Shown piece by piece: positions 43,706-53,595 of a stretch of DNA of 64,000 bases (position 1 is the stretch's first letter; each line of letters begins with the position of its first letter). The notes under the pieces were generated by a model. It was not told the DNA's origin. It worked only from the letters and a program-made list of their open reading frames with translations, and ran no database searches. This stretch comes from Terriglobia bacterium (lineage in GTDB: Bacteria; Acidobacteriota; Terriglobia; JAJPHL01; JAPKYU01). The position numbers were made by a program, and so were the translations under genes. Where the stretch lies: assembly GCA_965206645.1 (NCBI GenBank), contig CBDBKE010000003.1:512001-576000 (forward strand). Reading direction: 5' to 3'.

Positions 43706-44620
43706 TCAGTGACGCTGGCAGCGTGGGCAAAAAGTGCTGCCGCGGCCAGCGACCAGCAGGCGCCGAAGTGTCGCGCCACATCGCCGGCAGGGCTGGCCGT
43801 CCCGCCGGTAGACCTGATGGAATTGCTGAAACGTGCCAGCCTGCCCGAGGGCATCCAGGTAATTGGACACGGAGGAACCGCCGCGGGCGATCGCCTCCTC
43901 CAGCACGGAGCGTGTAGCACAGAACAAGGCGGCGGCCCTTCGGGCAGAGACGCGGCGGGCGCACGCAGCTGGATGCACGCCGGCGCGGAACAGGCATTCA
44001 TCGGCGTAGATGTTTCCCAGGCCTCGCAGGAAGTGCTGGTCAAGCAGCAACGACTTCACCCGCGCGGTTCGTTGGCCCATCCGGCGCACGAATTCCGACT
44101 CCGGGATCGCCAGCGGATCCGGCCCCAACCGTTCCAAGCGCGGCGGAAGGGCATTGTTGCCATCGGGAGCGGAGATCTCCATCCGGCCGAATTGCCGGAT
44201 GTCGGTGTAGCGCAAGACTTGCCGGGCCACCTGCGCGCGCCTGCCTTCGTCGGCCGGTTTGTTGGCAGCGATCTTCTGAATGGGTTCCAGCTCGAACCAA
44301 GCATGGGTATGCCGGGGTAGCTCGTGCCAGGAGGGCTCGCAGACAAACTGCCCGGTCATGCCCAGGTGGACAACCCACCAGAAGCCGGTTTGTCCGAGGC
44401 GACCCCTCTCACCCGGTGCCATGCGCAGCAGGATGTGTTTACCGTATCGTTGGATAGCCACTACCGAGGCTCCTTCCAGTGCCTGGACGAACTCCGCCGG
44501 CGGCGTCTGCAGGATGTGCGCCGCGGCGGCCGGCCCCACCATGACTCGCGCGATGCGCCGTCCAGGCAGGCAGGTGCGCAGCCCGCGCACAATGGTTTCC
44601 ACCTCGGGCAGTTCCGGCAT
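43706..44620 (-). CDS. mutM: Formamidopyrimidine-DNA glycosylase
   Basis: MPELPEVE, HLGMTG, GLGNIYADE, C-terminal CRRC..CPRCQ Zn finger. Confidence 0.97.
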   Translation of the reverse strand: MPELPEVETIVRGLRTCLPGRRIARVMVGPAAAAHILQTPPAEFVQALEGASVVAIQRYGKHILLRMAPGERGRLGQTGFWWVVHLGMTGQFVCEPSWHELPRHTHAWFELEPIQKIAANKPADEGRRAQVARQVLRYTDIRQFGRMEISAPDGNNALPPRLERLGPDPLAIPESEFVRRMGQRTARVKSLLLDQHFLRGLGNIYADECLFRAGVHPAACARRVSARRAAALFCATRSVLEEAIARGGSSVSNYLDALGQAGTFQQFHQVYRRDGQPCRRCGATLRRLLVAGRGSTFCPRCQRH

Positions 44621-44698
44621 AACAACTCCAAAGATAGCAGAGGACCCTGGATCAGCGAGGGCGAGTGATTTCCAACCGGGGAAGAGTTCGGACCGGCG

Positions 44699-45742
44699 CT
44701 AGGATTTCCTGAATCTCAGCTCTACATTGCCCATGCGGAGGACATCGTTGTCCTTGAGTACCACCGTCTCGTCGCCAGACATTTGTCGCTCATTGATCAT
44801 GGTTGGATTGGAAGTTTCAGGGGCCAGATTCACCAGCTTGAATTGCTTGTCCGAAGTGGAATAGGACAGGCGTGCCTGGTTGCGGCTCAAGGTGTTCGTC
44901 TTATCCTTGATTCGGATTCCGCCGGCAATGTCTGGGCTGTCGCGGCCGATTTCGATCTCATCTCGGCCGGACTGATCCGAAAGGTAAATCGTGTCGGTCT
45001 CCTGCCCATTCTCCAGGATGACCAAGGTGCCCGGTAGAACTTTGGAGGTCGTGAACACCCTGACTGTCTTGAAGTCCTCCACAGTTGAGGAAGCAACCTG
45101 GGCAGTTGGGAAGGCAACCGAGCCACTCTCAGCGGATGGTATGGGGAGAGGAGCAGGCTTGTAGGGGCGCCCAGGCTCAGGAGCGGGAGCAGGCTTGTAG
45201 GAGGGGACAGGTCCGGAAGCGGAAGCAGCCGGAGCAGCTTTTCTCCGCCTCAGCCTCACAACCACCCACAGCAGCGCAATCGCGATGGCGCCGATGAGAA
45301 TCAGGTTCTCTGTTGAAGGCAACTCCAGCGGCTGCCGAGCTGCTTCCTCTGTCTCCTCCCCAGCTGAGCCGACCTGCTTCCGCTTCGTTTCACTTATGAA
45401 AAATCTTTTGGAATCGGCATCCACCAGCGCCACACCGGTGACCAGCACCTCGGAATTAATCTGGGGTACCTTGTTGACTGTGCGGACAACAATGGTCGCA
45501 CCGTACCTGTCTTTCAGGTAATATGCCTTGAAGCTAGTCGAGGAAACCCGCTTTTCTGCCAAGACCCAGCCCCGGACTGCAACTTGCTCATTCTTATAGC
45601 GTGAGTGAAAACCGCGTACCAACTCACGAACGCTGATGGAAGTTTGGGCGTTGATCACACCTGCGAACAAGACAACGGTTAGAAGGCGGCACACCAAGGC
45701 TGCTACGGCCACGCCCCGAGTGAATAAGAAATCCATCCCCAC
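44699..45742 (-). CDS. Membrane-anchored FHA-domain protein (signal peptide, OB-like extracellular domain, TM, Pro-rich linker, FHA)
   Basis: IEIGRD..LSRNQA..NPTMIN..LKDNDVLRMG FHA pattern; TM followed by RLRRRK. Confidence 0.8.
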   Translation of the reverse strand: MGMDFLFTRGVAVAALVCRLLTVVLFAGVINAQTSISVRELVRGFHSRYKNEQVAVRGWVLAEKRVSSTSFKAYYLKDRYGATIVVRTVNKVPQINSEVLVTGVALVDADSKRFFISETKRKQVGSAGEETEEAARQPLELPSTENLILIGAIAIALLWVVVRLRRRKAAPAASASGPVPSYKPAPAPEPGRPYKPAPLPIPSAESGSVAFPTAQVASSTVEDFKTVRVFTTSKVLPGTLVILENGQETDTIYLSDQSGRDEIEIGRDSPDIAGGIRIKDKTNTLSRNQARLSYSTSDKQFKLVNLAPETSNPTMINERQMSGDETVVLKDNDVLRMGNVELRFRKS

Positions 45743-45934
45743 TGGGGCAATTCTACCCCCAACATATTGAAGTGGGAATGGAGAGAATGGGAAGAGGTGC
45801 CAGCGGCCACAACATTATAACGTCTCCCCTAAGGCCGCCCAGAAGGACTTGGGATCCCGCGCAAACGGTTTCCCCTTCGGGCTGTTCTGGCATATAACCA
45901 TCAGACAACAGAAGACAAAACGCGGGACAGGAGT

Positions 45935-46798
45935 ATGAGCATGAATCCAGAACGGGATCTCATCCGCCGAGTTGCCCAGGCAGTTGCCGGAAGCAAGGTG
46001 CGCATCATTGACCTGTCGCAGCCGTGGAGAATCGGCATGCCGCATTGGCCGACGCACCCGCCGTTCTTGTTCAGTTTAGCCAAGGGGCACGGGGACATCG
46101 TGCTGGAGGGCGGCGTCAGTTCGGCATCGGAGGTCATTACCCTGGGGGGCCACGTGGGAACGCACATCGACGCGCTCTGCCATTTCTCGCGGAATGGGCG
46201 CCTGTTTGGCGGGGCGGAGGTTGAGCCGAACCAAACGGTCGAACGCGGCCTGGCGGTGGGTAGCATTGATCAGGTTGTACCCATCGTGCGGCGCGGTGTG
46301 CTGCTGGACGCAGCGACGCCAGCCGCTGCGTCAAACGAAGATGCTGCGTCAAACAAAGCCGCGACAGAGGCGACAGGAATTCTGCCCCCCGCCTACGCCA
46401 TCACTGCCGCCCACCTTGAGGAGGCAGCAACGCGGGCTGGGGTGGCCGTCGAGTCGGGGGATGTGGTGTTGATCCGCACCGGGTGGGGCAGGCTCTGGGA
46501 CCGGCCGAGGGAATTTGTCGGTCACGGAGGCGCTCCGGGCGTGGACTTGAGCGGCGCCCGCTGGCTCAGCGGCAGCGGAATTTTTGCCGCCGGCTCCGAC
46601 ACCCTGGCCTTCGAAGTCACCCCCGGCAACTTCCCTGTCCATGTGCACCTGCTGGTGGAAAAGGGGATCCACATCATAGAGGCGCTGAACCTGGAGCCGC
46701 TGCACTCGGCGGGCATCCATGAGTTCCTGTTTATTGCCTCGCCGCTGAAAATCGTGGGCGGGACAGGCTCGCCGATTCGGCCATTCGCGCTTGCCTAG
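45935..46798 (+). CDS. Cyclase/kynurenine formamidase family metal-dependent hydrolase
   Basis: HVGTHIDA, GDVVLIRTGW, IIEALNL, GGTGSPIRP. Confidence 0.9.
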   Translation: MSMNPERDLIRRVAQAVAGSKVRIIDLSQPWRIGMPHWPTHPPFLFSLAKGHGDIVLEGGVSSASEVITLGGHVGTHIDALCHFSRNGRLFGGAEVEPNQTVERGLAVGSIDQVVPIVRRGVLLDAATPAAASNEDAASNKAATEATGILPPAYAITAAHLEEAATRAGVAVESGDVVLIRTGWGRLWDRPREFVGHGGAPGVDLSGARWLSGSGIFAAGSDTLAFEVTPGNFPVHVHLLVEKGIHIIEALNLEPLHSAGIHEFLFIASPLKIVGGTGSPIRPFALA

Positions 46799-46836
46799 CG
46801 GCGCAGGGACCAAGCCAGAGCGGCAAGGGGGAGGTA

Positions 46837-47694
46837 CTACTGTTCCACGGGGAACTCGGGGCGGGAGCCCCAGTCCAGCCAGGAGCCGTCGTAGTTGCGC
46901 ACCTTTGGGTGGCCCAGCAGGCGGAGGACGAAGTAAAGCTGGGAGGAGCGAGTGCCGCTGTTGCAGTAGGTGGCCACCTCGCGGTCGAAGTCCAGGCCGC
47001 GCTCCTGCAACAGGTGGCGGAGCTCCTCGGAAGTCTTGAAGCGGCCGTTCTCGGTGATGGTCTCGCGCCAGTCCAGATTCACCGCGCCGGGGATGTGGCC
47101 CCCGCGCATCCCTGCACGTGCCATGTCGCCAGCGTATTCCTCGGGCGAGCGCGCATCGAGCACCAGCGGGGGGTTTTTCAGCTCCAGTCGCTGGCGGATC
47201 CACTCGGCGGTGGCGATGCGGTTTTGGTTGGCCCGCGGCTGGAAGCTGCCAGCCGACACGGGGCGCGCTTCGGTTTCCACTGTCCCGCCTGCTTGCTGCC
47301 ACCCCGGCCAGCCGCCGTTGAGTACCCGTACGTTCGAGTGGCCAAAAAATTCAGCGAAATAGAAGAAGCGTGCAGCGAAGCGACCGCCATGGTTGTCGTA
47401 GGCGACTACCATTCGATCGGCGTCAATGCCCAATTCGCGAAACAGCGCCCGGGCCTGCTCCAAGGGCAGGGGTAAGCCGGCGCGATTGGCCTCCTGCTGG
47501 TCCAGCCTCCGTACGAAGCAGTGGACCGCGCCGGGAATGTGGCCCCGCTGGAAGGCTTCGGCCGGTCGTAGATCGACCACGCGAACCCGGTCCAGAGATT
47601 GCTTGAGTTCCTTGGGTTCGATCAGTAGAGAAACATCGCAGGGGGCCGCAACGACCCACGCCACCAGACCTACCAGCAGCATCCATGGCCGCAT
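46837..47694 (-). CDS. Tandem-rhodanese sulfurtransferase with a signal peptide
   Basis: GHIPGA twice, active-site CNSGTR, YDGSWLDW. Confidence 0.9.
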   Translation of the reverse strand: MRPWMLLVGLVAWVVAAPCDVSLLIEPKELKQSLDRVRVVDLRPAEAFQRGHIPGAVHCFVRRLDQQEANRAGLPLPLEQARALFRELGIDADRMVVAYDNHGGRFAARFFYFAEFFGHSNVRVLNGGWPGWQQAGGTVETEARPVSAGSFQPRANQNRIATAEWIRQRLELKNPPLVLDARSPEEYAGDMARAGMRGGHIPGAVNLDWRETITENGRFKTSEELRHLLQERGLDFDREVATYCNSGTRSSQLYFVLRLLGHPKVRNYDGSWLDWGSRPEFPVEQ

Positions 47695-47696
47695 AG

Positions 47697-47924
47697 TTAG
47701 CTCTTAGCGCCCAGCAGTCTGCGCGCTTCGGCGAATACTTTTTCCTCAGCCGCAGCGCGCGTGCTCTCTTCGGTGGAGGCAATGCGCGCCCTGGCGCCGG
47801 GCACCGGCACCTCCGCCTTGGCGTCATAAGTGCTGCCGAGCCGGTAAGAGGTGATGGTCACCGGATAGTCGCCGATCGTTTCGGTCCGCTTGGAATATTC
47901 CTCTGGTACCAGTTCACCTGCCAT
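47697..47924 (-). CDS. Small hypothetical protein
   Basis: ATG at 47924, about 75 aa, tightly packed in a minus-strand run. Confidence 0.6.
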   Translation of the reverse strand: MAGELVPEEYSKRTETIGDYPVTITSYRLGSTYDAKAEVPVPGARARIASTEESTRAAAEEKVFAEARRLLGAKS

Positions 47925-47969
47925 TGTTTGCTCCGCGGCTTGGCATCCCAGCCACAAGCAACGTCGCCG

Positions 47970-48737
47970 TTACCCGCCGACGAAAACCGGGTAGTGGCTG
48001 GCGGCGGCCATGAAGAACAGCATGGGGATCGAGAGCCAGGCACTGGCGCGCGAGACCAGAAACACGCGCCGCGCCAGTGTGGCCAACTCCGGGGGAACAG
48101 CCGTACCCTTCTCCGCGTTTTCCTGGGTCCAGGCGATGATGCGCTTCTGCGCCGGCCAGATAATGCCCCACACGTTAAACAGCATGATCATCCCCATTCC
48201 GCCGCCCACGCCGATCGAGAGGGCCCGGTTGCTGGCGCCCTCGTAGGTGTTGAACCGCACAACCAAGTGGATCATGATCAGAATCAGCACCGCGAATATG
48301 GCGCCGAACAACCAGCCATTCTTGACTAGCGCCGGGACGCGGAGCAAAAAGAACTCAATTTTAAAGGTGACCAGCACCAGCACTAGCCACACAATAAAGG
48401 TCTTCCAGAAAAACTGGCCCGGATTCTCCGGCGGCTCGGTGAGCAGGATGTAAAAGATAAAGTAGAGGAGGCCTGCCAATACGGTCACCAGGCCTGTCCA
48501 GCGAAACCACCACAGCGCCGGGGGCAGCAGCGCCGACACCACCTTGCTCCTGGTTGGGTCGTCCAGCTTCTTCATGAACCCCACGTTGACCAGATTGAAG
48601 AAATACAGCAACCCGACCCAGGTGATTCCGGCCAGAAAGTGAATCCAGCGCAGAAGCATCTGCAGGTTCGTGCCCAGGTCGCTGGGCGGCAAGACCATCT
48701 GTTGCGCCAGGGATTCAAAACCGCTCGCGAGAATCAT
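47970..48737 (-). CDS. Urate oxidase N-terminal/PuuD-like membrane protein
   Basis: RWIHFLAGITWVGLLYFFN, ALWWFRW, MLFNVWGIIWPAQK, SIPMLFFM. Confidence 0.85.
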   Translation of the reverse strand: MILASGFESLAQQMVLPPSDLGTNLQMLLRWIHFLAGITWVGLLYFFNLVNVGFMKKLDDPTRSKVVSALLPPALWWFRWTGLVTVLAGLLYFIFYILLTEPPENPGQFFWKTFIVWLVLVLVTFKIEFFLLRVPALVKNGWLFGAIFAVLILIMIHLVVRFNTYEGASNRALSIGVGGGMGMIMLFNVWGIIWPAQKRIIAWTQENAEKGTAVPPELATLARRVFLVSRASAWLSIPMLFFMAAASHYPVFVGG

Positions 48738-48843
48738 TGCTCTTCCTTAAAGAGGTGACATTCAGTTGGATGGTAGCCTGACGCACGCTCTACCCAGCGA
48801 TCCCCGATTCCTATGCCCAAGGTGCGCCCACTCATGGCGGCGA

Positions 48844-49861
48844 TCAGCGCCGATCGAATTCGAGGTAGGTCTTCTGCACGTTCCAGAGGTGAAAACCCGC
48901 TAGGAGCTGATCGAATTCTGTCAGACCTGCGTCGGCCGGTGGACGGTACTTCTTTCCCAATGGCAGACCAGCCAGCGTTCGCTCAAGGCTTTGCCCGGCC
49001 TGTACGGCCTCTTGCACCGACTGGAGGAGTTCGGTCAGATAGCTCATGTAACGTCCGAGAATTCGACTCGAGGAGGGAGCACCATGGCCGGGGATGATGC
49101 GCTCGACTGCGAGCGTCCGAGCAAAGCGGGCAATAGTTTGCAGGTAGGCGCGTGGTTTGCCCGCAACCAAGAAAGGGTTCATTCCTTCGCCCAACACCAG
49201 GTTGCCGGTCCAAGCAACGCGCGCTTCCGGGACGTAGATCACAGTGTCGCCAGGTGTGTTGCCATGGCCGAAGTGGTAGAGCTCCACCGCGCGGCCTCCC
49301 AAGTCGAGCCGCAGGTAGTCGTCAAAGACCACATCGGGCAAACGCAAGCGCGCGGTGGCGTATAGCGTTTGATCGTTGGTTTACAGTGGGCAACAGGAAC
49401 TGTTTCTCTTCCTCGAAGTCGCGCATACGCTTGGCCGTCTCGCGGTGGCCTACGACCAGCGTGGTGTCGGGGAACGCATAGTTGCCGAAGGTGTGGTCGC
49501 CGTGGAAGTTGGTGTTGACCAGGTAAAGAATCGGCTTGTCGGTCACGCGGCGAACCGCCGCTTGGATCTTCCTCGCCATCTCCCCACTGATGTGGGCATC
49601 AATCACTAGCACGCCCCGTTCCCCAACGATGAACCCACTGTTATCCACCGGCGGCTTGGTCGAGAGCAGGGCGTAGACGCCCGGTGCCAGCAGTTTTGTT
49701 TCAAGTTCTGCGCCGGCCGGATGGAGGGACGGCAGGATGAAGCCTTCTGGTCCTTGAAAGCCTGTTTGCTCTTGGGCAACCAAGGGCAATGCCAATGCGA
49801 TCAGTAGGATGATTGAGACTATCGTGACAGTCTTGCCGGTAGATCCAGGTACGAGAATCAT
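48844..49861 (-). pseudogene. Exported MBL-fold metallo-hydrolase split by a +1 frameshift near 49376-49382
   Basis: First frame has a signal peptide and NTNFHGDHTFGN; second has GHGNTPGD and IIPGHG; removing one base at AACCAAC joins them as LPTVNNDQTLYATARLRLPDVVF. Confidence 0.8.
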
Positions 49862-50069
49862 GGGTTTTCCTTCTCCGTCATATGGTTAACTTTCTGTGTC
49901 TCACCGCACGACAATTCATGCCGTGGGCTTCTTTGCATGCGCAGTACCAAGTGATTCTCATGCACCGGCAGACCGTTGGCGTCAAGGTCCGAGTGCCCTC
50001 CGGCTCCCTCCCCTAGCCGCGGCCAGCGAAGATGGCTCTCCGGGAAGGCGAGAACGGGAGCGAGGACGC

Positions 50070-50229
50070 TGCGAGGGCCGATGTGCTGGCGATGTCCTTT
50101 CAGAACCCGGAAGTGCGGCCGCTGATGGAACTGGAGGGGCTGAAGCAGTGGCTTCCCGGGCGCGTCAGCGAATACGCCCAACTGGAAAAAGCCGTAGAAA
50201 AGTTCCGATTCTATGGGCCCGGTGGCTGA
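50070..50229 (+). pseudogene. C-terminal remnant of a PhnD-like ABC substrate-binding protein
   Basis: LAMSFQNPEVRPLMELEGLKQWLPGR..YAQLEKAV resembles, from recall, the C-terminus of that family; no N-terminus is present. Confidence 0.45.
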
Positions 50230-50260
50230 CAAGAAAAAATGGCCGTAACCCGGCGTGGGA

Positions 50261-50839
50261 CTATTCTGTGGGCTTCCCATCCCTTTTGCAGTCCCGATTT
50301 CGCGCCAAAATCATGTTCTCGATTTCTGCTTTAGAGGTGATCCTTTTCTGCTCCAAAACTTGAAGAAGCGTATTGAGCAATTGAACCATGCTCTGCACCA
50401 TGCTCTCGTAGGTCGGGCCTGCTAGCTTGCCCAAAGCCTGTCCCGAAAGGCGCCTCAGCAGCTTTTCCAGCTGTGCGCGGCCGCGATCGCTCATGGAGAT
50501 GAATTGCAGACCCATGCCCATGCGAGGCGCGGAGAACTTCACCTCGGCGGTCGCCTCGAAACGTTCTTTTTCAATTTCGAGGCTGATGTGAACCCGGAAG
50601 TTCAAGGGGCTCGGTGCCAACATGTCAAGATAGCAACCGCCCAAGCCAATGTCGGCTAGGCGCGCTTGGGCTGGTGGACCGCCACTCAGGTCGCTGATGT
50701 TGGCCGTCGTGGACCACTCGAAGCGAGGATAAACGCGACGCTCGGAACTGCGGCGGTCGGCCTTTAATGCGTGGGCGTTAGTTTGTTCTTGAACCGGGGT
50801 ATTCATTCTGGAACGGTGGAACTCAACAAGCCTTGGCAA
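50261..50839 (-). CDS. PilZ domain protein (c-di-GMP receptor)
   Basis: ERRVYPR (RxxxR) and DIGLGG (DxSxxG-like), GMGLQF. Confidence 0.85.
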   Translation of the reverse strand: MPRLVEFHRSRMNTPVQEQTNAHALKADRRSSERRVYPRFEWSTTANISDLSGGPPAQARLADIGLGGCYLDMLAPSPLNFRVHISLEIEKERFEATAEVKFSAPRMGMGLQFISMSDRGRAQLEKLLRRLSGQALGKLAGPTYESMVQSMVQLLNTLLQVLEQKRITSKAEIENMILARNRDCKRDGKPTE

Positions 50840-50858
50840 TGTACGAGCTTGGGAGCGC

Positions 50859-52478
50859 TCAACGGCGACGTCTCAAGGTGGACGCCGAAGCTGTTGGACC
50901 GCGGGCGCGATCCAGCAGCTCGCGTACCTTGCGCGCCAGCGTCTCGGTGCTATAAGGCTTTTCCAGAACTGCGGCACCCTGCTCCGTCATGCGGCTGGGC
51001 AGCGCGGTCTGAGCGCTCCCCCCGGTGGTGAAGATGACTGGCAGGCGAGGCTTCAGCGCACACATGCGAGCGTAAGCGTCAGGCCCGCTGAGTCTGGGCA
51101 GCAGCACGTCGAGGACGACCAAGCTGATGCTTGCGTGCTGGGCCTGCGCTAACCGAACCGCTTCCTGTCCGTCACTGGCCAACAGCACCTGGTACCCCAG
51201 ACTGGCCAGCGTCTCCCTTGCCACCTCGCGGGCCCCCTCGCGGGCCCCCTCGTGATCCTCAGCCAACAGAATGGTTTCCGTGCCGCCGCCCGGCGGTCCG
51301 ACTGCCGCTTTCCTTTCCCGTTTGTTGGGGGCAGCCCCGGCCCCCGGGAAGTAGATGCGGACGCGGGTGCCCCGTTTGGGCTTGCTCTGGGTATCGATGA
51401 ACCCGCCGTGTTGCTTGACAATCCCATGAACCACGGCCAGGCCCAGACCGCTGGCCTGGCCCACTTGTTTGGTGGTGAAGAACGGCTCGAACATGCGCCT
51501 CGTCGTGGCGGCGTCCATGCCGGTGCCGTTGTCGGAAACGGCCAGCACCACGTAGCGCCCCGGCCGGGCGCCGGCGCGGCGCCGGGCTTCATCCCCAGTA
51601 AGATCCACGTTGCGGGTTTCGATCACTATGCGGCCGCCGTCGGGCATCGCATCACGGGCATTGAGGCACAGGTTGACCAGTACCTGCTCCAGTTCGGCCG
51701 GGACCGCCCAGGTCTGCTCCAGATTCGGCGCCAGTCCGGTTTCCACCCGGATTCCTTGGCCGAGGATATTTTCCAGCAGGCCGATCACACGGGCCACGGT
51801 CTGGTTCAGATTCACCCGGTACGGTTCCAAAACCCGATGGTTGGCGAAGGCAAGCAACTGCCGGCTCAGGCCGGCCGCGTGCTGGGCTTGCTCCTGAATC
51901 TTCTGGAGGTGCCTGCGCGAAGGGCCCGCAGTTGTTTTCTGCAAAGCCAGCTCCGTCCAGGCCAGAACGGCGAGCATCGTGTTGTTGAAGTCGTGGGCTG
52001 TCCCGCCTGCCAGCAGCCCGAGGGTCTCCATCTTTTGCGCCTGGCGAAGTTGCTCTTCGAGTTGCTTGCGCTCGGTAATATCCAGCAAGACCGAACCGAG
52101 ACCCACCGGTTTCCCACTGGGGTCGTGAATTAAGTTTTCATGAATTTCCAGCATTAGCCGGGAGCCGTCTCGGCGAACGTACTCGCGTTCGAAGGGGACC
52201 AGGCGCTGTTTGCCGGAGATCTTCCAGCGCACAGCTTCACGGCTGGTTTCCCGTTGCTCGGGAACCAGCAGTTCCCAGACGGGCTTGCCCAGAATTTCCT
52301 CGGCTTTCAGACCCAGAAGAGCGCACTCAGCGCGGTTGACGCGCCGCACGATTCCCTTGCGGTCGGTCTGATGGTAGGCGACCGGCGCCTCCTCAAATAG
52401 GCTGCGGAACTGCCCTGCGGCTCCTCCTGACTCTTGCTCAGGAGCCTTCCGGTCCTCCAGAAATCCCCACGCTCGCAC
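50859..52478 (-). CDS. Cytoplasmic hybrid histidine kinase (PAS-HisKA-HATPase-REC, CckA-like)
   Basis: DITERKQLEEQLRQAQKME, AHDFNN, NARDAM, FEPFFTTK, REC ILLAED..LDVLLP. Confidence 0.92.
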   Translation of the reverse strand: MRAWGFLEDRKAPEQESGGAAGQFRSLFEEAPVAYHQTDRKGIVRRVNRAECALLGLKAEEILGKPVWELLVPEQRETSREAVRWKISGKQRLVPFEREYVRRDGSRLMLEIHENLIHDPSGKPVGLGSVLLDITERKQLEEQLRQAQKMETLGLLAGGTAHDFNNTMLAVLAWTELALQKTTAGPSRRHLQKIQEQAQHAAGLSRQLLAFANHRVLEPYRVNLNQTVARVIGLLENILGQGIRVETGLAPNLEQTWAVPAELEQVLVNLCLNARDAMPDGGRIVIETRNVDLTGDEARRRAGARPGRYVVLAVSDNGTGMDAATTRRMFEPFFTTKQVGQASGLGLAVVHGIVKQHGGFIDTQSKPKRGTRVRIYFPGAGAAPNKRERKAAVGPPGGGTETILLAEDHEGAREGAREVARETLASLGYQVLLASDGQEAVRLAQAQHASISLVVLDVLLPRLSGPDAYARMCALKPRLPVIFTTGGSAQTALPSRMTEQGAAVLEKPYSTETLARKVRELLDRARGPTASASTLRRRR

Positions 52479-52740
52479 GCTTCACCCTCAGGCCGAGGAA
52501 CTGCACTTCGCCACAGCACAGGCTGCTAGGCTCTAGTTCGCGCAATCCTGAGTCTGCGAACTCCAGTGCCCAGCTCAGGGACGCCCCTACCCCGAACTGG
52601 CCCTTGCAACGCGAAGTCCGTTCTCTTCTGGTTTGCCTGCAATGGATTAGGGAACAGGCTGCAACGAGGGGGACCAATTTGAAACTACTATTCCGGTTTT
52701 GGAACTGACCCCTGCCAATTCGGCAGACGTCGGGCACCCG

Positions 52741-53343
52741 CTAGGTTTCCCGGGGTTGTAGCGGGTTGGGCTGTCCGCTGGAGAGGTTTCCGCGGAGGCC
52801 AAGCTGGTCGGCGACTGTTTTCATCGCTTCGATGCAGAAGCCGATGTGCTGGTCCAAGTCTACGGTGAGTTCGGCCGCCCCGCGGGTGATGTCGTCACGG
52901 TTGACCGAGCGCGCGAACGCTTTGTCCTTCATCTTCTTCCGCACCGAGCGCGCTTCCACCTCGAAGATGCTCTTGCCGGGCTTCACCAAAGCCACGGCGG
53001 TGAGGAAGCCGGCCAGCTCGTCGCAGGCGTAGAGCACCTGGGCCATTCGGGTGTCGCGCGGCACGCCGCTGTAGTTGGCGTGGCCCAGGATGGCGAGCCG
53101 CACGTCTTCCGGGTAGCCGCGCTCGGCCAGAATCTGGGATCCCTTCGTGGGGTGTTGATCGGGAGTCGGATAGCGCTCGTATTCGAAGTCGTGAATCAGG
53201 CCGACAATCCCCCAACGGGTTTCATCTTCGCCGTAGTGGCGGGCGTAGGCGCGCATGCAGGCCTCCACCGCTAGGGCGTGCTTGATCAAGCTTTCGCTCT
53301 GGGTGAACTCGCGAAGCAGGGCAAAGGACGAATGGCGATCCAT
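52741..53343 (-). CDS. HD-domain (HDIG-type) metal-dependent phosphohydrolase
   Basis: KHALAV, IHDFEYE, ILGHA, ACDELAG, KDKAFAR. Confidence 0.9.
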   Translation of the reverse strand: MDRHSSFALLREFTQSESLIKHALAVEACMRAYARHYGEDETRWGIVGLIHDFEYERYPTPDQHPTKGSQILAERGYPEDVRLAILGHANYSGVPRDTRMAQVLYACDELAGFLTAVALVKPGKSIFEVEARSVRKKMKDKAFARSVNRDDITRGAAELTVDLDQHIGFCIEAMKTVADQLGLRGNLSSGQPNPLQPRET

Positions 53344-53560
53344 GGTCCCAGTCTAAGCTCCGAAGTCCAAACTTCAAAGTGTCAGTCCGGAGTTCCGAGT
53401 CCCGCCTTTCGATCTTGGCCTTGGAATCTTTTGCATGCAGGTGTACCACAGCGGAACGAAAGGAGGACACCTTGACGATAACCCGAAAGGGAAGAAGTTG
53501 GGTACTCGACGGGAGACACAAAAAGTATACACGGAAAATATAAAACCCGGAATTATATAC

Positions 53561-53589
53561 TTGACAAGCCCATAGGGGTCTGAGACACT
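53561..53589 (+). promoter_or_regulatory. Transposase promoter overlapping the left TIR
   Basis: TTGACA-17 nt-GACACT, 6 nt before ATG 53596 (leaderless). Confidence 0.55.
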
Positions 53590-53595
53590 AGTGGC

